From positions 62,001 through 126,000 of the forward strand of contig NIVC01002034.1 of assembly GCA_002269645.1 (NCBI GenBank): a DNA stretch of 64,000 nt, in the 5' to 3' direction. Made by a program: the position numbers and the translations under genes. The DNA comes from Macrostomum lignano (lineage: Eukaryota). Numbering within the stretch: position 1 is the first letter of the stretch; every line of letters starts with the position of its first letter. This document shows positions 47,601-58,925 of this stretch, in pieces. Below the pieces are notes generated by a model that saw only the letters and a list, made by a program, of their open reading frames with translations, did no database searches and was not told where the DNA came from.

Positions 47601-50600
47601 TACACAATTGAACAACATTTGGCAATTGTGTCATTGACAGAATGCTAAGCAAATGCTATCTTAGCATCATCTGGAATATTGTCCTGGATGTAGTTTTGCA
47701 GTTTGTGAATGACACAAGACTGTCTTGGAACCTCCAGTTCCTGAAGAGCTATATGCATTAATGATTTCTCATCTATTTTGATGGCAACAATCCTCTGGCA
47801 TACATTGAACTGCTCAATAGCTTCATTGAGGGCCTTAGCAATGTTAACACCCAGGGTATTGGAACCGGGGGGGGGGGGCTGGAGCCTGCCCACTTTTTAG
47901 CATGATCCTGCAAGTGCCCTTTTTGAATTTTATACAAGTGTTGGCCAGTTTTGGGCTCGGCTTTTCTGAGTCTTGGGAGTTAAGGGTACAAGCTAGAGTG
48001 AGAGAGCACCGTTGCTATTCACACCTAGAGATCCTCAATGTACAACATGGAATCCATTTCAATAAAAAACTGTGATAAACCAAAGTCAGACATTTTTATT
48101 GTAAGAATAAAGAATTTACAGTGGCTAGTGGATAGTAGGGGTTTTATATAGCCTGTGCTCCTTTCCTCATAAGCCTTCCTTCCATCTCTCTCTGCCCTCA
48201 TCACCGCTTGGTTGCATAGGTGCCGTCACCCTTAATTGGGTATGTAGGCATATAATAATTCATGTTGCTCTCAATCCCATTCCACTACAGTTTTTATCGA
48301 ATGTGCCTAAGCCTAGTGCTTTTATGAGTAGTGCAGGGGTCAACAAACTTTTTACCTCAAGAGGCCAGAATGAGAACCCAGCTCATGACTGCCCTTTTGG
48401 GTCTGCTTCACTGGGCCCCTAAGCAAAGTGGGCCCAAGAGTCCTAATGAATGCGGGCCAGAGGAGGTAGAGAGCCCAGAGTTAAGAAATAGAGAAGAGAA
48501 ATACAAGCATAGGAGAAAGGAGAGGCGAAGGAATAAAGGAGAAGAGAGTAGATGAGAGGAGAGATGAAATAGGAGAGGAGAGAAGAGAAGGGAAATGAAT
48601 GAGGAGAGGAGAGAGGAGGGAAGGGAGAAGAGAATGGAGAGGAAAAAGGAGATGAGAGGAGAGGAAAGAGGTGAAAAGATGAGAGGAGAGGAGGAGAGGA
48701 GAGGAGAGAGGAAAGGAAAGAGGTGAGAGGAGAAGACAGAGAAGAGGAAAAGAGAGAGGAGAGGAGAGGTGAGGAGATAAAAGGAAAGGAAAGATGTGAG
48801 GAGATGAGAGGAGAGGAAAGAGATGAGATGAGAGGAGAGGAGAAAGGAGAGGAAGAGGAGAGAGGTACTGTCTACCCTAATATGTTTCTTATTACTCCTC
48901 TAAAGAAGAATTCTAGCAATCTAGCTCCTAGGATCATTGGCTTATCTAGGATCATAGTCTGCTGCCCAATCAGAGTCAATTATATGGTGTGAGTTTAAGT
49001 CAATATTTTTTTGATACATAGATAATGCTATGTTTATATATTTGTTCGATTTTTGTCAAATTTGGTGATTTATATTATAACTGTAATGTTATGTTGTATT
49101 ATTGTCAGGATGGTTACTATTTGGGCCTGGCAAGAAGACAACAAGTGACGGCCAACTTCATCAACAGACTGGGATTAGCACACGAGTTAAAAGTGAGTTA
49201 AGTCCTTGTTAAAGCTATTGTTCTTGATTCCTCTAATAAAATCTGCAATAAACAATTAAGGTTTTCTACTTGATCAAATTTTCTCATCTCTATAGAAAAC
49301 TTACAAGGATTTCTTTCATAGACACCGAAATGCTTATTGGAAATATTACAACAAATATAAAATGCTGTCTACAGTTCGATCAGTTGCATCTAGTTGGCCT
49401 CTAAGCCATGTGTTCATTTAAGACATTGACAGATAGACGCTACATTAATTTTCATATTGACTCTTGTTAAACCCGCCTCTAGCTTAACCTTTCAAATAAA
49501 GTATAGACTCATTAAATCATTGTGACTTATTTTCTATACATTTTGAGTACATGCTGAGTATTCATATTGCTGAGTTCTTACTCGTCGACTGATCTTAACT
49601 GCTGAGATAGGGCCTCTTCTGTGAGCACGCGCATTAGAAGCTTTATTTGACTTGCATTGCGCAAAAGTTTGCACATAGTATGAGAGATTCGCTTCACATT
49701 CTTTCCTTGCTACTCTTTAGTAGGCAATCTCTTATTCTGTTTGTCACCTCTCCTCTCATCTTCTTCCCGTCCTTAACTTCTCTGCATGACTGGCAAGATT
49801 GCTGAGCAGGCAATTCAGATGCATCAGTTTATGTTTCTCAGGGCCACAGCGGCTGTGTGAACTGCCTTGAGTGGAGCCGGGACGGCAGCCTGCTAGCCTC
49901 TGGCTCAGATGACTGCTACGCCGTGGTGTGGGATCCTCACAGGTGTCGCAGCCTGGCTCGGATCCCAACCGGCCACTCTGGGAACATTTTCTCGGTGAAC
50001 TTTCTGCCGCACAGTTCTAACACCACTCTAGTCTCTGGGGCCGCGGATGCCCGCATTATCATTAGCGATGTTAGCCGCTGCCAAGCGCTGCGGTCGCTGC
50101 AGTGCCACTCACAGCGAGTGAAGCGACTGGCCACCGCCGGAGATTCTGCCTTCCTGTTTTGGTCTGCCAGTGAGGACGGCACCGTCCGCCAATTCGACCT
50201 GCGCGAAAAAGAAGTTGGACCGCAGTCCGCCAACGTGCTGGTTGACCTCGGCTGCCTCCTGCAGCAGAACGCGGAGGCCAAGTGTCTCAGTGTAAATCCA
50301 TGTCGCAGCGAGATGCTGGCTGTAGGCGCCAACGACCACTGCGTACGTCTCTTCGACCGCAGGAAGCTCAGTCTCACGTGAGTGTTGTGGAATTGCGTGG
50401 AAATTCAAGAGTCCGCTATACGCAGCACACGGTTCTACCTTGTTTGTTTTTGTTTCCTGTATTACTTCACAGGAATAAAGTGCTGCTTGTTAACCTATGT
50501 TCGAGCTGTAACTCGAGCAACAAATCTCGCTATTCAAGAGTTCCATTATTAAATTTTATCTACCCGTCTGCAACTATGCAATATCTTTGACCAACGTTGC

Positions 50601-53428
50601 AGTCGCGCCGGTCACAACCAAAGCCAGGCAGCTTCTACCACTTCCCTGGGCGATGCAGAGTTTCCTGCCCCGAATTCCTACGCGGAAAGCGGCCAGTACT
50701 ACATTCCCGGTTAGTGCCGTTACCGACTCTACCGAGCAATAATGTGCTTTTTAGTTTATAACAAGCAATATTTTCATTTTTGTATATTAAATTAACATAT
50801 GCTAAGTTTCCATTGTGTTCTACTAACAAGTATCTGCGGAGGAAAAGTTATAAGTTCTGTATATGCTTCATTTTATGCTGCAAGTGGCCACCTTGTAGAG
50901 GGTTAGGCGTTATTTTTATTCTCATTCAAAGTTGCGTGGCGCTCGAACCGCATTGTTTACCCTGCCGAGACTGATTTCCCATCATTCTTCTCCATCAGGT
51001 CATCTGACGCGAGCTTACACGAACAGCCGGGCTCGACAGCTGACGGTGACCTACCTGACTTTCAGCCCGGACGGTCGTGACCTGGTGGCAAACTTGGGCG
51101 GAGAGCAAGTGTACACTACATCCGTGCTGGGCTGCAGCCATCAGCCAGTGCTGCAACTTTGGCCCGAGCTGCTGGCTGCCCAGCGCGCTTGTCCAGCCAC
51201 CGAGGTCGAGCTTCCACCTTCCGCAGCGGAACTGAAGTCCGAAGCCAACCGCCTACTGCAGGATGATCAGGTGGCCGCCAGCGTCCGGCTTTATACGAAA
51301 GCTCTGTTGCTGGCGCCACGCAGCCCGCTGCTGCTTAGTAACCGTGCTGCCGCACTGTTGAAAAGACGCTGGGACGGGGATGCCTATGCTGCCGCCATCG
51401 ACTGCCAGACAGCGCTTTCTGCCGACCCTCACTGCTACAAGGTTGGTCCTTGATCGAATTTTGATTCACACCTGAAATTTTATGCTGCCTTGCTGTTTTC
51501 TAGTGAGATGTTTTTAAGCTGTCGGATTTCCATCCTCCAAATATTTGTACTTTCTGTATTTCAGTTTGTCGAAGTTGACAATAGGGAATAGAAGAACGAG
51601 TTTATTGTAAACGATTAGCGGAGCAGAAAACAGGAAAATAAGTGAAGGGCCCAAGCCGCGAGTTGAACTTGTATTTATACTGACATAACGAACAGGTTAG
51701 CTGAATTATCTATGCTAAATTCACGGGGTTGGGATTGTCTGTGGCGAAGAGCATCGTAGACGAAGGGAGTCGAAGTATTGCAAAACAGAAGGTACAAATA
51801 TTTGGAGGATGGAAATCCGACACAAGCAATGCTTTTAATTGGTAATGAAAGCTTAAATACTTTAACTATGAGCTGCCGGATGTTCAGCAGAGCTGACCAT
51901 GGACCAACAGCCTTTACTTCTGGTAATTTTTTGGAGTCAATGGCAAAAGAAAAGTTATGTGCTGCATAGTAGCCGTTCCTGCCGAGCATGGTCAGCAGCG
52001 CATTTACGAAAAATGGGTGAAATTAGTCCTACTTATCTGTAATGGAATGCAGCGACTCGATTTCAGCATTCTCTGTGATGACATCATCAGTCTCAGAATC
52101 CGATGTATGCAAAATTTCCATAGTTGCAGCTGATTTACTTTTGAATAAAATGATGCACTACTCGAATTAAGTGCTTATTAAGTAGGTGCAGTGCTTTCTC
52201 TTTCAAAAAGGCCTGCTTGCAGATTTTAAAGCGAACCGTAGTGTCTATAGTTAGATATCGAGTGTACACACTGCATAATCTCTTTAGAGAGCATTAAGTA
52301 AAATGCTTGTTGAAACTGCTTTTTTGACCCTAGACTTGTCCAAGCCGAGTTCAAAATGCTCCCTTCTCGGCTAGAAAGGCTTTGCACAGGGACGCAATAA
52401 GATTCTAGCTATAGTCTATGGCCAGCCCAGCTGACCATGTCGACAGGAACGAAGCTTTTGTATTTCTAGCTCCGGCGCAAAAGGTATGACTACAATAAAA
52501 GGATGAAAAAAGCATAAGGCAGCTATGAGCGTATCAAAATTTGAATATAGTTATCTCGGCCTGGTTGCGGAAATCCCCAGTCACCAGAGTCGCGATTCAG
52601 ATTGACACTCAATATTCCCATCTCGCTTCACCAGGCGCTATACCGTCTGGCTCGGGCCTTCTGCGACATGGGCTGGCAAGAGGAGGCCCAGCAATGCGTC
52701 AACCAGTTCAGGCAGCGGTTTCCCCAGCACGCGCAGAGCTCCTCTTTCAAGGAGCTGGTCTCCAGTCTGGAGAAGCTGGAGTCGGGACAGGCAGCTCACT
52801 CACAGCCGCTGCAACTGACAGAGGCGGAGCGCCAGCTGCGGAAAAATGCCCTCGACCTGCGCGAGAGGTTTGTTGGCCACTGCAACACCACCACGGATAT
52901 AAAGGAGGCGAACTTCTTTGGTCAAGACTTCCTCACTGCTGGCTCCGATGACGGCAACTTCTTTATCTGGGATCGGCGGTCCGGCCTGCTGCTGAGAGCT
53001 CTCAAGGGCGATGAGTCAATTGTCAACTGCCTTCAGGTTAGACTAGCGCCTGCTGAGCTGTATTCACTCGCTTTGGCTTTGCCAACTAACTTGAAGCGCA
53101 TAGTGCCTCTCCACACGCTTTCGATTCCTTTCAGCCGCATCCCACCACCTGCTTGCTGGCAACCAGCGGCATTGACCCTGTGGTCCGCCTGTGGTCGCCC
53201 CAGCAGCAACCCGACATTGGCGATGGCGGGGAGATGGAGGCTGAACCCGCCGGACAGATCGCGGCGCCCGTGCCTGAGCTTGACGACGCCGTGTCCAGGA
53301 ACCAGCGGCTGATGCACGCGGACCCGCTGGAACAGATGCTGAGGAGCATGGGCTACCGCATCGTCCCTGCCGCCAGTGACAGTGATGCTGATGAAGACGA
53401 GCCGGAGCCCCGCTGCCGCGCGAGCTGA
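44699..53428 (+). CDS. WDTC1: WD40 and TPR repeat protein WDTC1 (adipose/DCAF9), about 647 aa
   Basis: Phase-consistent exons: 44699-44776 (tentative first exon), 49109-49192, 49842-50377, 50603-50709, 50999-51441, 52635-53036, 53135-53428. Motifs FINRLGLAHELK|GHSGCVNCLEW..DGSLLASGSDD, QYYIPGHL, TPR NRAAALLKRRWDGDAY, GHCNTTTDIKEANFFG and LATSGIDPVVRLW. Exons 2-7 are confident; exon 1 is about 0.5. Confidence 0.93.
45560..47850 (-). mobile_element. Degenerate hAT transposase in WDTC1 intron 1
   Basis: LGVNIAKALNEAIEQF..C.IHKLQ (47645-47850), DVWTRWDSQLAM, ILKPF, AATMLD, and dimerisation domain FPRLA...PSSANLECLFS..LQPETADHLLF (45560-45800). Confidence 0.8.
46230..46957. mobile_element. hAT MITE inserted in the hAT remnant
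   Basis: TIR TAGAGATGTTCC / TAGAGATATTCC. 8-bp TSD TACCTGAT / TACTTGAT (1 mismatch). Subterminal AAATCG repeats. Confidence 0.85.
48505..48866 (+). repeat. Purine-rich (GAGAG/GAGGA)n low-complexity tract
   Basis: Almost pure G/A run. Confidence 0.9.
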
Positions 53429-55000
53429 ACAGCGATGGTGAATGCCAAAGAATGAGCTCAGGTGAGAATGAGCTCAGGTGGCGATTTAGGCAGTGATCCT
53501 TGTAGGTAATTTACAGTTTGCAGGCTAACATCAAGTTGAATCTGAGTGTTCCATACCCACTGTCCCAGCGCCAATTCGAAAGCAAGTAATCAGACTCGTC
53601 CGTGTGGTGTCCGTGTATTCTACGATTTATTTTAGATTCTGTGGGTTTTTGCTCACGCCAAGAATGTCGTTGATTATTTTTAGGGCATTCATGTCCAGCA
53701 GATCTATTTTCGTTCAGAGAAAGTTTTCCATTGAAATTCGACTGTATCCACATTTCGTCTTCAGCATGTGTGCGCTTTCTGTGTGTTTTGTAAATTCCGC
53801 TACATTCATGCATTGTGCTCAAACTCCTGTAAATGTAAGTTGTTTTGCCACTTTGAGAGACTTCTGCTGCACTTATGATGAAGTTCTAAATGAGTCTGGG
53901 CTGATAGTTTAGTACTTTCAATGTCGCATTCAATTATTTGTGGCTTGCATTGAAGGGCGTGTCAGATAAGCAAATAATACACTGAAATTCATCCGCTTTG
54001 TTGATAGAACACGCAGAGTTAATACGAGCTAACAGTTTCATACTTTTGATTATTAGTAGTAATTTTTTTACTTCTCTTTTTTCCGCTTTTACGAGCGTAC
54101 GCTCGTAAATATCAAGTGCAGAGTTGAAGTATCAACTGAATGGCATGAGCGTCTGTCTGCATTCGGTTACAGCTTTAAAATACTCGTACCATGCCAATGA
54201 TTAGATACTTTACGAGTATGTGATTTCGCCCGCGGAAACTGGCTAAAGATTATTTTGAGCTTGTTTAACCCCTCCTGTTATTTTGACCAGCCTGTGATGC
54301 AAATCAGTAAATTACGCTAGTCAAGAACCTTCGAGTCTCAAACTGGTCCAGTCCAAACTTATATTTTTAACTAGGCGAGGGATATACAATGTGGAATGTA
54401 CGGGCGTACAAAAAGCCAGTGCAAATGAATAAAGCTTTTTTAGCATATTGGATTGAGCTGGAGTTCACAGGTTAAGCGAAACACCCGATACACAGCAAAG
54501 CCTAGCGGATGTACTCGTACATGTAGCTTGAAACTTATTTAAACACTTCAAAGTACATGTGCACGTTTGAGTCTAACAGCTATTACGGTACATTCTCTGA
54601 GTAAAGTTTCTTGAAAATCGGTTCAGCCATTTTTCTCAAATCATACGCATTCCTACCTATATAAATGAGACAAACCAATTTTAGCAAGAGCGTACTAGTA
54701 TATTAGATATCCGTCCGTTTTATAGGCTACTAAATATGTTGGGCAAACCCCGACAGCCACCATCATGCATGTACATGTATTACAAATTTATGGCTCTCGC
54801 GCTACGCAACGGAATATCTTGATCGACTTACTTGACTTAACTGCAGGACTGTCCCGGAGGGGACAGCGGGAAGGCGCGGACGCCCACTCCACTAATCCTT
54901 GAAAGGCCGACGCTTCGCTATGAACGAAGGGTTGGCACCCCCCAGGGAGGTTCCCCGGTGTCGCCAACAGCTACAGTTGGGTTCGCGAGGAAAGGCTCAA

Positions 55001-55040
55001 TTCTCGCGAGAATCTGTGTGTAACTCGTTCGCCATTGGCT
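55001..55040. promoter_or_regulatory. Candidate promoter motifs: TTCTCGCGAGAA palindrome and reverse CCAAT box
   Basis: TTCTCGCGAGAA at 55001-55012 and ATTGG at 55034-55038 (minus strand TCAGCCAATGGC), inside a CpG-rich island. Confidence 0.3.
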
Positions 55041-55659
55041 GAGCCATTAACTGGGGAAGACTAAGTTTGAACGTTGTTTGGTGGGTTGTTTGGAGAGGTT
55101 GCCCCGCCAGCTTATTCGGTCTCCACCTTGAAATTTTTCTCCCAATAGTTTAATGGCAACCAACGCCTTTTTATTAGGATATTTTCCCATCAACAAGACA
55201 TTCCATTGTTTAATACGATTACGAGTTAAATAGAGAGATTAGCAGCAATTTCACGAAGCTTGCAAATGAGATTAGAGGTCGTCTGACAGACAAGCAGCGT
55301 ATTGATGTCCTGTCAAAGTTTTACTTAGAGAAAAGAAGTGTTGCTGAAATTAGTAGCGAAATTCAGGTCTCCCAGCGTGCCATCAGGCGCCATCTTACTC
55401 TGTCAAGAACAAAAATTAGCTAGGAAAAATCTCTCTGCTTTGAAAATGAGGAAAAACTCGCAACTTATTATTTCAATACAAGTTTTCTTTGTACAGTACA
55501 GATCACAGCTGGAGGAGCAAAAGTTCCGTGGGATGCCCACGGGCACAGAATCCTATGGCTGATGATGTTCACTCAAGCAACCCCTTCCCACCCGTTCTTA
55601 CCCATGGGGTGGGGTTGGAATTGCGAATCAAAGTGAATATGGAGGAAGAAGCACAAAAT

Positions 55660-57990
55660 ATGAAAGGACCTCATGATCTTTCCTCTCCGTCACACAAGAT
55701 TTCCAGCTTCCAGAAGAGATTCCAGCACCAAACCGGTGTTGACGGACTGCTTAGAACCGTCGGTGTAGCAGTGGAGCTCAACAGGGTTCCAGTGGTCATT
55801 ACGGTATCGCGCGGGTCGATAGCTACGGAGTAGCGTTGTCTCAGATTATTGACCTGACACTCGTTGAGAACATTAAGGCAACAGGTCAATATGCGGGACG
55901 AGGTTCCACTTAGCAGGTGCTCTCATGTAGAGGAATTCGACGCCAGAATCTAGTAGACGCAGCGTCGTTCTAGCCGCTTCACTCCTGACCAAGAGGTCAA
56001 GAGGCGGTAGATTAAGGAAGGCCCTAACCCTTAAGGAAGGCAGGTGTTATGGTTTAGGATCTCCGGGGGTCCGGTCAGTTTAGGGTGTCCGGGGCGGAGA
56101 CCCTAAACGGTTTAGGATCTCCGCCCGGAGACCCTAAACCGTTTAGGATCTCCCCTGGAGACTTCTAACGGTTATGGGTCTCCGGGGTAGGAGATCTGAA
56201 ACCGTTTAAGGGTCTCCGGGGCATTTTCAGGTCTCCGCACCCGGAGATCTTAAACCAGTTTCTGATCTCCCCCCAGGAGACTCTAAACCAGTTTCAGCTC
56301 TCCGTCAGGGCCGCAAAAACAAAGTCCTGGTTTAGGATCTCCGGTTTCCGATCTCCCCCCCCCCATTTGTGTAAAACCAATGGTCATGGTATTGAACGCG
56401 TACATGTATAAGAAGTGGAAAGGCATTTTTATCATCAACGTAGCATTAGTTTTATATGTATATGCTCGCACAACTGTGTATTTAAATGGAAAACTGTTTA
56501 CTGTTAAAGTAATGAAGTAAATGTCCGCTTAGTGAAAAACCGGTGATGCACTTTCAGCCGGTGCTTGGAGGAAGCATCTCTTGAGGTGTTTCCCATTGAC
56601 ACACCTGGTTAGTCCTCCTAGCCTGTACACGTTTTGACCAAGACACCTGGTCACGATGTACTCGTAGACTTGCTGACTCCAAGTGTATCGCATCTTACCA
56701 CCCTTCCGATCGTCCCTGCGAAGATTGCAAAGCCTAACTCTGTCCCCTCGCTTCAGATCCTGAACCCCAGCTGCTCCCACGGTGTGACCAGCTCGCACCA
56801 GTCACAAGACTCGACCACTGCCTTGGCAATCGGTGTGACGGGGATGTCAGCATAGTATCGTGCAGTAAAAAGGCTCACTGTGCTGTTGACACCCACGTGA
56901 CTTACTTGCGAGTGAAGGCTGCGGATCTTATCCCGTACCTCTTCCTCTGTGAAAAGTACTCTGCGATGGTCTTCAGGCCGCATTCGCTGACTGTCGTCCT
57001 TATTAGTCACCCTGTAGTAAAGCGCTCCGTCATGGATGGAGAAACGCTTGCTCTTTTCTCTAATACGTCTTTTTAAGTTGGCCTTATCTTTGGCGTCCAA
57101 TCTGGCTGGTACCTGCGTATATTCATTGTTTAGGACGTAGAAAAATATTTGATTGAGCGAAGCCATCAAGCTTTGAAATGCAGAAATCGACGAAAATCAC
57201 ACAGCACAAACCTTTCTTATCATCTGCCCAATATAAATGTTTACAGCGCGTCCCGCCACCCATAAAATATGAGTACAAAGCTGATCTCCAAAATGTGCAA
57301 AGCCTATTGAAAGTTACGCAAGACTGCTCACACTTTGGGGTGCCAATCTCGATGTACATAGAAGTAGCTATAATTTTCATATAGAAAAACCGCGGAGATC
57401 CTAACACGGCGGAGACCTGTAACTCTATCTTATGTTATGGTTTCCGATCTCCGTGTGGGCGATCTTAAAATGACACAATTTTCAGTTTGTGATCTCCGGG
57501 CCGGAGACCCTAAAACGCGGAGATCCTAAACTCTAACACCGGCAAAGGGCGTGGACCTAGTGGCGTTGCAGATAAGCCTACACGCTCTGCCCTGGATCGT
57601 GTTGAGCAAAGCTGCGTGGCTATAGACCTAAGTGGCGCTAACCTAGACAACAGAAGCGTACGTAATGGCAGGTCTAACTCCTGGAGTGTAGATCCACCAA
57701 AGTCGCTTTGTGGATAAACCCTAGGAAGTGCCAAGTGCTCGTCGGAGCTGGGCCAGGATGGCCGAGGCCCGCTTGGTTTTTCCTTTCACGTGGAAGGACC
57801 AGTTGAGCTGCTGGTATGACACCGAGACATCTGGTCTGTTGCGTGAAGGTGATATCTCTGCCGTATAGCAGCTGCAGAGGCCTTATGTTCCAGCGTATTC
57901 TACTGGTGAACATAATGGCAACAGTTTTGGGCTCAGAGAGTTCCAAACCATTGTCATTGGCCCAGGACTCGGCTCTGCGGATACAGCTTT
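55660..57990 (-). mobile_element. LOA-type LINE fragment (RT thumb to RNase H) split by a Ginger element
   Basis: 57545-57990: KTVAIMFT, YLG-like RCLGV, LWWIYT..VRPAITYASVV, RSTPFAG. 55660-56040: AFLNLPPLDLLVRSEAART.LRL and RNase H HCYTDGSK. Confidence 0.75.
56045..57538 (-). mobile_element. Ginger1-type DNA transposon (Gypsy-integrase-derived), internally deleted
   Basis: TIR TGTTA(TG/GA)GTTTAGGATCTCC with TGT...ACA ends and flanks CAGG/CCGG. Subterminal GGAGA(T/C)CCTAAAC repeats. Integrase HHCC region (LHSQVSHVGVNST...RYY...CDWC) is fused directly to the C-terminal GD.V...RKGGK..W...VNGKHLK module. Confidence 0.82.
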
Positions 57991-58925
57991 TTCTTTTTTT
58001 CTTTGTTCTTTACGATTTTTAAGATCTGATCAATCGAGTACATGGCCACAAACCAGAAACGTAAAGATATCGCACCGACTGCCAGCGCAGTGTTTTGTGA
58101 AAAATTCTACTATTACATGTCGTAGCGCAATAAAATTCAACGAAGGAAAGACGCAGTTGGAATTATCCCTTATCTGATCTTATCCTCAAATAAGTTGTTC
58201 GGCAACGAGCGAGTTTTCGACGCGGCATTACGTCACCGCGCCGGCCTAGCAATTCCATCCGAGCGACCTGTTGCGTCGTCGGCGACTCCAGGTTGCAGAC
58301 TATATCATCCGCGCCGAGTCCGCAATCACAATCGGTGCTGAGGGGCTGTTGCTGACGCTGCAGGCACTTTGCGGCGAGGACAAGCGTGCACTGTCTTTTT
58401 GAACTGACGGACAGCGCTTTTACGACGTATTTTTTAAATCTATTAAACATATCTATTAAACGTACATGCGCTGATGTACATATAAGTGCATGTTTAGAAG
58501 AATTTACACTGCACACACAATTCTGTATGCGCCTTTACGGGCATAAGATCTACAGGTACATGCATCTGCATGTCTCTCCTATCTGTCTTCTCCCCAAAAC
58601 GCTTCCAAATTGGAATCTGGGTCGGAAAATCGATGTGCATTCGCTCGTATAAATGAGCGCACAAGCCGTGGAACACAGTTCTAACACTTAGGGATGCTGC
58701 TTCATCTAAACAGCGTGCAAGTCCTGTACTACCTTCCTTGCCTTCCCTATTTGCTTCGCTTCGTTCGCACCCTTCCCTCCTTCATGATTGACCATTGGAG
58801 CGATAGTGTCCTTATTAACCTCTTCCTGACGAATTGGAAACATATCATCTCAATTGCGAACGGGTGGCCTGCATAGCAGGCCATAGAAAATTTTCTAAGT
58901 TTTGTAAACCTTCTGATCTCCTCAC

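Noticed and set aside
48723-48992. Glu/Arg-rich ORF
   Set aside because: Translation of a GA microsatellite.
53449-53480. 16-bp tandem duplication AGAATGAGCTCAGGTG in the WDTC1 3' UTR
   Set aside because: A single small duplication consistent with ordinary slippage.
54960-55012. HDV-like ribozyme (minus strand contains UUCCUCGC, similar to the HDV L3 loop)
   Set aside because: P3 pairs poorly, and I could not find a matching P1 strand or the GG of P1.1.
55671-55889. hAT transposase-like AIDPR in this ORF
   Set aside because: The neighbouring frame gives HCYTDGSK and AFLNLPPLDL, which is the RNase H region of the LOA LINE.
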